In this document: one piece after another, positions 53,149 through 64,000 of the stretch
Layout: the number at the start of each line of letters is the position of its first letter
Numbering within the stretch: the first letter of the stretch is position 1
Assembly: GCA_040954595.2 (NCBI GenBank)
Contig: CM082579.2
Coordinates: forward strand, 7,801,625-7,865,624
Length of the DNA stretch: 64,000 bases
DNA from: Balanoglossus misakiensis
Taxonomy: Eukaryota; Animalia; Hemichordata
Direction: 5' to 3'
Position numbers and translations under genes: made by a program
Notes under the pieces: model-generated
What the model saw: the letters and a program-made list of their open reading frames with translations, nothing else
Databases searched by the model: none
What the model was told of the DNA's origin: nothing

Positions 53149-56100
53149 CATGCACAAACGTGTGCGATGCCAGTTACATATCTTCACTGGTTTCTCCATA
53201 CCTGATTTCGCCTGAAGCAATATCGACACCAACTTGAGTTGCTTGAGCGGCGGAAGTTCACCGCCGTGAACCGAGTGAATCTGTTCTATGTACTCGACGT
53301 ATCGACTCTAGAAGACGACAAAATTCAAGTCATGAGATCATTGAGAGGCTTTTCAGGAAGACTGCATTGAACATGGAAAAGTGGGTGACCCCTCGTTGAC
53401 CCCTCCCCCATCATCCAATTCCAAAACAGGGTTACCTCCCCCATGAATCCACTCTCCCCCCCTCCCAAAGAAATTGACCAGTCCCTTACCTGACTCGGAG
53501 TCTCCACAGCGGGATATTTCACACGACCATTTTTCGTATCACCGATAAAATTCAGCAGAGAGTCCTGAAAGCAGTGTACAAAGCCATTGAATGATTATGT
53601 TATGCCATTCCTAGTTGAACATTTACTGACTGTCTGTTGGGAAGCTTTTGATAGCACGACAAATCAACAGTCCATTTTCTTGTGAACATATATAAGCTTT
53701 GCTCACCTTGGCTTGATCATACAATTTGTAATACACCAACAATGCTGACATCATCATTCCGGTCCTACCTATGAACAAACAGCAGATAAACACAAACTGA
53801 AGAAAACATTTTAATGGTAAACATGCTTCGAAGTCACAGACATGAAGGTGCAATGTAGGTAGATATAATTGGGTGAGTTCAGTTAAATTTACTACTCGAC
53901 TGGTGTCCTCTTCAGAATCATACTGTGCATTTGAACGACCTCTCACCTTTCCCTGCATTGCAGTGCAGAACCACCACATTCTGTTCATCGAGAGACAACC
54001 AGTGCTTGACATCATCGCAGAAATTCATCATTTCTCTGCACAATAAAAACAAACAAGGAATGGGTGATCTCAGCTGTCAAAAATACCGACCATTGAAATT
54101 CTGAAATAATCTAGGCCAGGTTATAACAAAGTACAGGGACTACTCAAAGAAATTGTTAACGTAGCCATGTATTTGTAAAGACTGAACAATAACCGCACTT
54201 ACTCTAATGATGGTACATTTTGATCTTCAATTGACACCCTCTGCACTTGATAGCCGAAGTATGAAATATCATAATCTCCTTCACCTTCAAACAATATCGT
54301 ATACAGAATGTGATTAGCTGAGAGTCTCTGAGAATAGCGAACAATTCTGAGACAGAATTAGCCGAGAGTGGAAATCCGACTGTAGAAGGGCATATCAAAA
54401 TTCAAATTCCTTTCACTGCATCTGCAAAAGGTAAACAACGAACATTTCCCTACAAACGTATAAGTTGGTCTCAGTAAGTGCTTGAGGACAGAAAATCTTC
54501 AGCACTGGCTGAATGACAGCACAGATCTCCTTTATCAAGAATATGGGGTCTCGGAATGACTTTTTTTACTTGAAAAGTGTATTCCCACTCACTGCAAAGA
54601 TTGTAGACTTTGTAATGACTGTGGTATTTGGCATTGAGGATGTGAGCCACTTCAGATATGGGGTTGTTCCTTTCGTCGGTGGATGGGAACGACATCACAA
54701 TCATTCTGTCTGCACGGAGAAAACATCAAAAGCGTTCATACATGTAGGATATGCTTTAATTAGAGAAGGTTGTCTTACTGTATAATATGTACTGTATTCG
54801 AGTTCTACTAGTACCATATGGAGTGCTATTTTATGTAGTCATTTGTTATGACCTGACTGATTCGAGAGATGATAATAAGGATATATACCCTCGGGTGCAA
54901 TATTTTTTTTGTCATTAACCTTCATAATTGCCATGGATATGCACAGGAAGGGCTGAGGACATTAATTTTATTTGATACATCGGTTATCGTTTTCAAAATT
55001 AATCATACATCCAGAATATGCAATAAGCTCATCTCCCATATGTAAAATTGACAGAATAATTTCATACTTTGTAGTCCAATTATAGTATCCTATTTTTACC
55101 TGTTATATTGGCCAAATCCAGTTCATACACGTGCTCATCATACCTTCCCGTATTGGAGAATACCTACAACAGAAATGATAAAATGATTAATTTCTGAACA
55201 TGATCCTTGCCTGAGGCAGTCAGATTGGATGTCAAGCGTTCGTAACTCTTTTTGTCCATGCGAGGTTGTCATGCAAGTCTTACTGCTGGCCAGTACTGCA
55301 CTGAAGGGTGTGATGCGCGCAAAGTCCCTGATAGGTGGCGCTGTTCTGTGTGAGGGCGACAAGGCTCGAAGTCTGGCAGGGACCACACTTCGGCAGCAGA
55401 TGCACCCATGACCAAAAGTGTCTTACCAGTTTCTTCTTCTTTCTCTTCTCTCTGTAGTTTTCAACGACAATACGCACAAAGAAAAGAACTCTGACGAGTC
55501 GAAAGGCTGCCACTAATCTAAAATCAAACAGAGGGAATTATTTTTCACATCACTTACACATCTTCCCGTATTTTGGTCAAACAGGAATGTACAAGCTTGT
55601 ATATACCAAAGGTACTGTTTCAACATAGAACAATTTTTGCACAACGCATGCAATGCAACGCAACACAACACAATACAATACAATAATGCAGGAAGCAATG
55701 ATATATCTACGTTGGTTGCTGAAGCCAACACGCAAACTGGTGAAATTTAATTTATAAAATACTACACAGCAAACTCTTCATTCAAAGTCCTATCGACCAA
55801 CCCTGCCTTCGCGACAGACACACAATGAATATTAAAATCAATGACAAACTTACAGCACAGCAATGCGTGCACACACGAATCGATGGGACACACATGATCA
55901 TGATGTATGTGCATAATCAAACAACATGATGATGATGTCAAGACTTATGCAGTGACTTTAGCCATGAAAATGTACGGAGATAAACCTGCAATGAAATATA
56001 AAACAGACATAAATTAGGTGGTGCCGTAGTAATTATCCCCACATAATACAGAATTTTGGTATCTGGGTGGCATGGATCTTGCTCTGAGACACGATGGAAA

Positions 56101-57815
56101 ACTGGAAATGATTATGGATGTGTTGTGGTCTCAGTTTATCCATATTCATGTATGTGACAATTTTCCGTACGTGTGAATGAAATAGACACTGCAGTGGCCA
56201 CATACCTAGTGTAATGATCACACATATTTTTACAGCTACTGTGCAGTTGTGGGGCTGGTTGATATCACAACATTGGTGCATAGACACAAATGGTTAACGC
56301 AACTATGCCATGTGTTTTGTGACAAAGAACTGATCATTTTACTGAGTGAATACCATTGTTGCAAGGACTAACAGAAACTCCTGCCAATTGTTTCCTCACA
56401 AAGCTGAGGCGACTTACTTTCCGTATTTGTGGCTCTGCAGTTCCTCTACCAGTATGTACGCAATAGTGATGGTGGAACAGATAGTTGTCACACACAGATC
56501 CAGTATCATGTACCAAGTGGTAAAAAACACTTTTCTGTGAATAAAAAAACAAAAACGAAACAAACCAAACTGATCATTGCAAAGATTATCAGCCAGATAA
56601 TACAATGTTATGAAAAAAGGCTCTCGTTTCGAGTGGTTCCTCAAAATTCAGAATTCAATCTGAATTTTGGAGTTTGAATAAAGAACTCTCTCAGCCATCG
56701 TACTGAAGACTATACCCACAGTGGAAACAAACTTACCCGTACGCGAATATTCTGAGCGACACTTCAGTGATGAAATAACACATGACAAGCAGAGAGGTGA
56801 CCTCGAAGAACGTCTGCGCCCCCTGGCTTGGCTTCGGGTCCCACGCAATGTCTATCAGGACCAGGGCTATATCCACAAACACCAGGATGACGCCGCATAA
56901 CCTGGCGACAGACACAGGAGATGAACAATTGCCGGTAAAGGCCATAATTCAATGAACGACAGGAGCGTGACATCGATCATTTTTGTCAGTCTTGACTTTA
57001 CTTAGGGTGATTTTCAGCTTCAGAATGTGCTGATTTCATTTCTTTTTCTGGAATGAGTTGCTCTGCTTGAACCCAACTGGAGACAACTCACCTCATATAA
57101 ATAGACTCAGTCAGTATTCGAACACGCCATCTTGCTCTCCTGTAAAAAAATATCAAGATTAAATTTTCCAACACAGTTGCTATCACCACCAAAGGAAAAG
57201 CTTTTGTTCATCAAAATTAAGCAAATGAAGTATAATTTTGAAATCAGTAGAGTCATTAAGCCAACTTAAGTAAAATCTTTTGTTATATTAATTTGAACAC
57301 ACATTCACATGTGTCTTAAGTTTCAGAATCTGATTTTGCAAAGTTGGTACATGTAGCACATCAGCCTGGTCCACAAGTCATTTTACCAGGTTCCCCTTGA
57401 TGCTAGAAATGTTACTGGGCTCCCCAAATCAGGTACAATATCTTGATTTTGTATATAAGTACTTGTTCTTCCCAATCATTCCAAGCAGAGAGCGCCATCA
57501 AGCGGAAAAGTGATTAAAATCACTCAAACTGAACACTTACTTTAATTTGGTTTGTTCTTTAAACCCTCCCGCTGTGTCATCTGAGGCTTGGATGTATGGT
57601 GGATCGTAGAAATTGAACTCTCGGTCCATCGCATCTTCTTCTAAGCCCTCCTCTGCAAATGATTTCATATGTGTGATGTTGTGGCTCGTCCCATTATAGT
57701 GGACGGCTCCATTGTGGGTTATAATGCTCCCATCTCCAAGGTCCAAGTCTTGGATGGAGTCCTCCGTGGTGTTAATGGAGTAAGAGGTGTTTGATTGTGA
57801 CTCGTCTTGAGACAT
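52105..57815 (-). CDS. TPTE2: Voltage-sensing phosphoinositide phosphatase (TPTE/TPTE2/VSP family), divergent; S1-S4 + PTEN-like phosphatase + C2
   Basis: Exons (5'->3'): 57815-57541, 57139-57092, 56901-56737 (S1,S2), 56535-56418 (S3), 55517-55427 (S4 LVAAFRLVRVLFFVRI), 55163-55100, 54709-54593 (MIVMSFPS..NPISEV..HYKVYNLC), 54284-54203 (IEDQNVP), 54035-53947 (VLHCNAGKG), 53768-53707 (RTGMM), 53564-53490 (VETPSQ), 53307-53202, 52940-52843, 52609-52514 (LSGDVKI), 52296-52105 (FNTRFVE..IDNLHK..*). A non-coding 5' exon donor lies at ~58364. Confidence 0.92.
53119..53143. repeat. (CA)n microsatellite, intronic
   Basis: Directly visible. Confidence 0.85.
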
Positions 57816-57952
57816 GGTTCATCTACAGTATAAGGATAACTAAGATGATCTAAAAGCAGGAAAAAAATGTTGCACATCAAACTTTGTCTTTGAAATTGTG
57901 CATCCTAAAATATCAGTGGTACACTGCATGATTGTAGATCATCATCATCTGA

Positions 57953-57993
<41 letters not shown>

Positions 57994-57995
57994 CC

Positions 57996-58029
<34 letters not shown>

Positions 58030-58046
58030 TCATCACCACCACCACC

Positions 58047-58080
<34 letters not shown>

Positions 58081-58117
58081 TCATCACCACCACCACCACC
58101 ACCACCACCCCCACCAT
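57953..58117. repeat. Alternating (CAT)n/(CAC)n block microsatellite in the VSP 5'-UTR intron
   Basis: Three CAT blocks alternate with three CAC blocks; explains the poly-S/P, poly-D/G and poly-M/V ORFs. Confidence 0.95.
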
Positions 58118-58364
58118 CCACAAAGTCTCTATTTGTCCAAAGGTCACGAACCTGCCCCTCCCCCCCCCCAAAAAAAAAAACGACCAAATTACTGGTTGCG
58201 ACAATGATAAATGAAGACCAACGGCTCTCCAAAAACATTTTTTTCTGTGCCGCTTTATCCACGATCAGTGTAAACACGGATATCCATAGTACATAATGGT
58301 GGGAGTTGCTTCACCGGTTTATTTATTTACAAGTTTTAGAAGACTTGCAAAGCCCCGATCTTAC

Positions 58365-58888
58365 CTGTTCACGCTTTAAACCTTAAACTTTCTTATTCCC
58401 ACAACAGGATGCTGTGTATCCCAACTCCTTGCTTCTGCTTCGCAATCGTGTGCGCAGTATAAGAGTGTAAACAAACTGCATCAATCATGTAAACAATAAA
58501 CATCGCCATTTACTCTTCTTACCCAAAGTACGGCCCTTTAGGTCTCCTCATTATAACAATATGGTTAGAATATATGACTGTTAATTTACAAAATGTTTAA
58601 ACGTTGTTTAAGTTTTCTCCTTTATTTATGGATTCTTCTCGTCACTTTTAAGGACTGACTAGAGCTTCTAAAAGATTGGTGGGTATTTTTTTTATAACTT
58701 TCTGATTAATTTTAACGACGTTGGGCGTGCTAAAAATAGTGACCTTTGACCCGCGGTGGCATGCGATTGAGAGACAGTGGTAAATATTCAGCTACAGTGA
58801 CTGGTTTGAGCTCTGCTGAGAAAAAAAGCTCGATCAACCCATTCTCTACAGGTTTGGCCGGAGTCGGGAAACAGCGGCAAACTTTCGA
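58365..58888. promoter_or_regulatory. Putative bidirectional promoter region between the VSP (-) and TIGAR-like (+) first exons
   Basis: Minus-strand donor at ~58364 (CAG|GTAAGA) and plus-strand donor at 58889 (GA|GTGAGT). Three forkhead RTAAACA motifs at 58467-58502, a DR1 TGACCTTTGACCC at 58740-58752, and ATTGG/CCAAT. Confidence 0.5.
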
Positions 58889-61226
58889 GTGAGTATGGAT
58901 ATCGTAAAATGATTTTGGGTGGTTCTTTGCAGCATAATGCTTTACATAAAATGGACCCTGTCCTCACGACGTAACTAAGTTATGTATGATTATGTAGTTT
59001 ACTGGCGATAAGGCTGTATTTATTATTCATTGGGTAACTGTGACTGTTTTTACTAAAATATTCATCACTGACGCGACATTTGCAAAGTAGATCGTATTGT
59101 ATGCTAAATTCTGGGAAATTGAAGGTAAACCTAGCATTGTCTGCTGTTTGTTATGTTAATTTCCGTTTACAGCACAGGTACATTCGAGTGATAATACTAG
59201 TAATGAGTCTGACTTTCCAACCCATCTAGTGGAGACTCTAGTGGTAAATCTTCTGGAGATTGCCTATGTGTGCATTTATCGAGATTGCTATTGTTAAAAA
59301 TAATTCGTATTGTGGGGTTTTCAACAAGTGATTGGTACACATACTGGTATACATGTACAATGTACATGACTTGTTGACAAACAGAATCCAAGGCATGATG
59401 GGAAGGGTGGGTACAACTAGACTACACTCAGAAAAAATGGACAGAAGTTAGAGATAGTGGCCCTTTAATAGTCTGTAGTAAATAAGGATGGAGATAGGCC
59501 ATACTATGTAGAAATATAATGCTTAAAATAGTTGATAAATTCTTTCACGTTTGAATACATGATAAATGTCACTTTCACATTCTTGAGTCTGGAGGCAGCT
59601 GGATTAAGTTACTTAAAGTATGAAGGAAAGGCTGATCTTGTGACATTGCAGAGGTAGATTTTTATCTGGTAAATGCAAAGTGGTGTTTAATTGTACTGTG
59701 ATATCTGGAATGACTCCCCAATAGTTTTTCTTCTGCAATTTGTGTGGCTGCAGTTTTTTGTGTGTGCAGGTATAAAACTTCATGCCAGCAAGACCACATA
59801 GATAAAAAGACAAAAATACTCTTATACTTGATTTTCTAAGTACAAAAGCCTAACTAAGATTTAAAATGTTTTCCTATAAATTGACAATAAATCTCAGATT
59901 TATAGTTCCCTAGCGAGTCATGCTTTAATCAAAGTCCTTAGGAAATTGCTCAAGGCCTGTACTAAAGCTCTGTCATCCACTGAACCACATGTGGATAGAA
60001 GCTCAAGCTTTCTAACATTTCCATGGACAAAATTTGTATTCAGATGTGAATCATCTTGACGAATTTGATGCAATCATTCAGACATCAGGAGAATTCATGG
60101 CATGGTGTCCAGGGGTTGCCCTTTACTAGTAACTGTGTCAGGCAGCACAGATCGAACCGAGTATTGAAGATGTCGCAACCAAATTTAGACATCTCCACTT
60201 GCCCTGTGGGCCGAGAGGGATTTGTAGTATGCAAATAGTAATGGCTGTGTCAAATAGTTGCAGTGACTGTTTGAAATATTCAGTTTCGCCTTCAGTGTCC
60301 CTGATCTGCTCGAACAGATCCCTGTTTTTCCAGTTGCTGGCCGTCTTCAACATAAATCACATTTTTTTTCATTTGTAGAAAAGAGCTGATGCACACAAGT
60401 GAGTGATTTAACAGACTGCTTTGTATTCTTTGTTCATATGCAGAAGTGCATAAATTATGGGATTTTCTCAATGTATTGTGGTCCAGGGATATCCTATGAG
60501 GTTCCATGTATATCATTATGTGGTACTCTTAAATTGCAGTGATTAGATTAGTCCAATAAATTGAACAAACAAAAAATGTTAAACGAATCATGAAATAAGT
60601 TTTAGAGCAGGGATAAGATGCAACTGCCATACAGAACTTAAGTTATTAATTTCAAACATAAATCTAATGAATGATTTCTGGCTACGTGACAAGATATTTA
60701 TCCATTACTCCACTTTACATTTTTGATTGCACATCAAAACAAGTTGTGTTGCCAAGACGACATCTGGCAAACATGGATATATCTTGGGGTGGCCACGTTT
60801 TTCTCCGTGTGAAGAGACAGTGTTTCAGACAGATGGAAAAAATTCCAAAGATGTAACCCCTGTGACACACACAAAATGTGTCTAGTATGTTATGCATAGG
60901 TCGATATAAGGTTACAGTTGCATTGCTCATTGGCTTCTTAGATAGGCCCAGGGGTAGCGTCTATCTCGCTAGAAATCTCAACCATTCTGTTTTTTGTTAT
61001 CCACACTTTGGTTTTTAATTGACAAACATGTTTTGTAAGTGTGCTGTAATTCTCGTGGGCTTGTGCGACAGAACATAAAAAGAAGACCCTGCATAGTACT
61101 GACATGTCCATTAATTGTACTGTAAATCATATGTCATTTGTTATATTTTGGTTTATACTTTACAGGTTGGATCAAGGCTTAGCTGCACTGCTTGTTGATT
61201 CTGCAAACGATCCAAAGCATCGTTAC

Positions 61227-62045
61227 ATGCGCCACATGTTGACTCTCACGTTTGTGCGCCATGGCGAGACTGTTGCCAACAAAAGCAGGACAATTCAGGG
61301 ACAGTCGGACGGCTGCCTCACCAAGCTGGGCGCCCTGCAGGCGGAGAGGCTCGGCCACAGGCTGGCGAGGGAGCACTTCGACCTCATCATCTGCAGCGAC
61401 CTGCTGAGGACCCAGCAGACGGCGGCCTGCATCATGAAGTGCCGGCCCATGCAGCAGCTGTACCTGGACCCCATGGTGCGCGAGCGGGCGGCCGGCGTCC
61501 TGGAGGGCCGGGCGTACGGCACCCACGAGAAGATCGCCAAGGCCTCCGGGGTGTCGCCCAGGGTCTACGCCCCCGAGCGGGGCGAGAGCTGGCAGGACGT
61601 GATGAGGCGGGCGGAGACCTTCGTCCGCCGACTGGTGGACACCTTCCTGGCGACCGCGCCCGCCGATCATGCGGCGCAGTCGGGCCGGTCCCCGGCGCAC
61701 GGCAGCGCGTCGTCGACGACCCGAGCGTCGCCGCGCAAGCTCAGCATCCTGGTGGTCACCCACGGAGGCTTCATCAAGGAGTTCATCAACCAGTGGTGTC
61801 GGCTGGGCAGGGGCCCCGGGTTCTACCCGAACCGAGCACAGAACACTTCGCTCTTCCAGTTCCACGTCAAGTGCAAACCAGGGCACGGGCCTCCCTGCGT
61901 GCACATGCAGATTGAGAATGACATCGGTCACCTGATTGGATGGAAGTGTACTGATGAGAACCAGGAGAAAGCCTGCTGTGTCTCGCTGGAAAACCTGCAC
62001 ACAAAGACCATGCCATGGAGTGATGTGTACTCTGGGACGATATAA
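61227..62045 (+). CDS. TIGAR: TIGAR-like histidine phosphatase (fructose-2,6-bisphosphatase/PGM superfamily branch 1), single coding exon
   Basis: 'LTFVRHGET' (RHG), 'IQGQSD', 'CSDLLRTQQTA', 'VRERAAGVLEGR', 'GESWQDV', 'LVVTHGGFI'. A 3' splice site (tttatactttacag) ends at ~61165, so the ORF-track start at 61104 is intronic; the likely ATG is 61227 or 61236. Confidence 0.85.
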   Translation: MRHMLTLTFVRHGETVANKSRTIQGQSDGCLTKLGALQAERLGHRLAREHFDLIICSDLLRTQQTAACIMKCRPMQQLYLDPMVRERAAGVLEGRAYGTHEKIAKASGVSPRVYAPERGESWQDVMRRAETFVRRLVDTFLATAPADHAAQSGRSPAHGSASSTTRASPRKLSILVVTHGGFIKEFINQWCRLGRGPGFYPNRAQNTSLFQFHVKCKPGHGPPCVHMQIENDIGHLIGWKCTDENQEKACCVSLENLHTKTMPWSDVYSGTI

Positions 62046-64000
62046 CCGCTAGAAATAATTCATCTCAGTTGTATTTAGATATGGCAAAACCTAACGTACA
62101 TGTGTACGTACCAATACTCTATTGCCACGAAGTCTAGCATGTATTATGCCAGAATTTCAAAAGCCTCATGTGGCAGGATTTCAAGCATTCACACCTTCCT
62201 GTGCAATTCAATTGTATGCCGAGTTTGTATGAAAAGTGTGATGCAGTCTGCTAAAAAACAGTATTGACACACTGTTTAATAGCATTTTGCTAGGTTTTCC
62301 TATATCTGTACTGTAGTTTATGACTCTCTCTGTCACAATGTCCAAGGAATTAACCGCTTTTTTTTGTATCTATTTATTGAACACACACGCGAAAGTAAGA
62401 TGCGCACAACCAGCTGTAGCGAACTCTTCAATTTGATGAACTTCAAGGTGGTTTGTTTTAGGAAGAAGAAGAGGCCATTCTGTCTGCCATGATGTACAAA
62501 TGCCGTGTTTAAATTTTGTAGCTGCTGTGGCTTCTTGAGCCGAAGCAGTTCTGATATGGCCGCCTTGTATTACAGTCAAAGATTGTGCATTTTAGTATGA
62601 GGGCAAAAGTGATTGATCGCACAAAGCATGGGATAACTCCAAATGAAGCCATTACCAAAAAAAGGACATGAATTGAGGATTATACTGACCTCCCTGAAAT
62701 AATAGCATTTTTTTTTATTTTCAACTCTGATTTTAGCATTATATGAAAACTCTCATATTTATGAAATATATTAAGATAAGTAATTGTGTCCGGTTTGTTT
62801 GTTGATTTTCATTACATGATTGCCAAGCGAGAATGGCAAGATTACACTTGGAAAGCATTATTAAAGTGAATCTTCTGAGGGGTTGCCAAGAGTGAGTGAG
62901 GGTCCACTGTACTTCAATGACATTTCTTGTACATATCTAATTTCATAATCAATTTTCTGCAGAATATTTAAACGATTTCTGATATCTTGACACCGATTAA
63001 ACTTGTTACGCATTATGTCGATTCTTATAACGTTAAACTTGATATACATGTAAGAGAAGACCTATTCAAAAACTCGGTGGGAATGCAAGTTTTTCTCCAG
63101 GTTCTAACCATGGTTAAATGAAATGGGCATGTCAACACACCTCAGACACACTCACACACTCAAAACAAAGAGACAGTTTCCATGAACAATATCAGACAAA
63201 TTTATTTTAACATGACAGAAAATGTAACTGCAATAAAAAAACAATGGGAGAGTATATCTATGAAAGCTTAACAATAAAAATGTGTAGGATCTCTCGGCCC
63301 TACACGGACTAAATATTCAAACACTTGAGACACTCGTACTTGTATGTAGTCCACAACCATGAATAAATTTCGATGCTAATAATACAAACTACTTCCCAAA
63401 TGATTACATAACATGGCGTGGTCAAATACATAAAACAAATTACGGTTCTAAATGAAATTGGGAAAAAGGGAGAAAATAGGAAATTCAATGAAAATACATT
63501 TATGCGTTGTCAAAATACACGAAAGTACATTCAATAAAGTTCTAGAAAGTTCGAAAGTCTCGATGAAATAAACGTGACTGCCACGTCCAAGAAACTACAT
63601 ACGCGTGACGTGGCCGCAGTAACCACATCCAAATTTGTAGGTTTCACGTCGGGAATTCTCAATGAATCTGCTTGCTTGAAGTTCCACGAAAGTTGCGTTC
63701 AAAAAAACGGCATGCGAAAATAATTGACAAATCTTGACTCACTCACCTCAGATAGTGACGCCTTTCGGGTGATACCGAAGCTTCTGACGTTGACTCAACG
63801 AAAACGACAAAATTTATTAACCATGTACATGTATTCATGAGTGAGTGCGGCCAAAACACTCACCGCTATATATATAAACCTCATTTGCATAGCAGGTGGC
63901 ATGCTAAAATGTCACCAATAGAAACGCAACAGTCAGCACTTACAAAATGTATATCTGAATACAAAGTGAATATCTACATACTACAGTGCATAATAGAGGA

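Noticed and set aside
54358-54421. Intronic minus-strand frame CSERNLNFDMPFYSRISTLG* resembling the VSP 'CSER.Y....F..RV' exon
   Set aside because: Splice phase is incompatible, it ends in a stop with no donor, and the true exon is 54284-54203. Likely chance, though a relic exon cannot be fully excluded.
55427-55517. Missing third S4 arginine in the VSP (RLVRVLFFVR)
   Set aside because: A hydrophobic residue at this position also occurs in functional vertebrate VSPs (e.g. zebrafish), so it is not unusual.
57898-58296. Poly-S/P, poly-G/D and poly-V/M ORFs
   Set aside because: Translation of the CAT/CAC block microsatellite in a UTR intron.
61179-62000. 273-aa antisense ORF and alternative-frame ORFs over the TIGAR-like gene
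   Set aside because: Typical antisense shadow of high-GC3 coding sequence; no recognisable motifs.
1-64000. Prokaryotic features (CRISPR arrays, operons), rRNA/tRNA genes, autonomous transposase or RT ORFs
   Set aside because: None recognised by eye; the window is spliceosomal-intron eukaryotic DNA with only short non-autonomous elements. A tRNAscan-SE/Infernal run would be needed to exclude small RNAs formally.

Overview
Eukaryotic, intron-rich animal genomic DNA with AT-rich introns and GT-AG splicing. It looks like a marine invertebrate, possibly a deuterostome, but the species cannot be determined from the sequence alone. Eight protein-coding genes were reconstructed by hand. In order: the 3' half of a goliath/RNF130-150-type RING-H2 E3 ligase (+); an intronless SLC35G/EamA-type transporter (+); two tandem membrane-anchored HxxxDG (condensation-domain/alcohol-acetyltransferase-like) acyltransferases with intronless CDSs (-); a 26-exon EF-hand+WD40 protein of the WDR49/WDR95/WDY ciliary family (+); a mitochondrial ornithine carrier SLC25A15 (+); a voltage-sensing phosphatase TPTE2/VSP (-); and a TIGAR-like histidine phosphatase (+). 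Several MITE-like inverted repeats and microsatellites are also present. The most notable observations are: (i) a compact transporter + two-acyltransferase cluster with a gene-conversion tract; (ii) a VSP whose coupling linker and lipid-binding active-site residues are replaced while the reading frame stays intact; (iii) a duplicated His-rich N-terminal module on the ornithine carrier; (iv) several candidate phase-0 alternative first exons plus RFX X-boxes in the 11-kb first intron of the WD40 gene. Exon coordinates were read by eye and may be off by a base or two.
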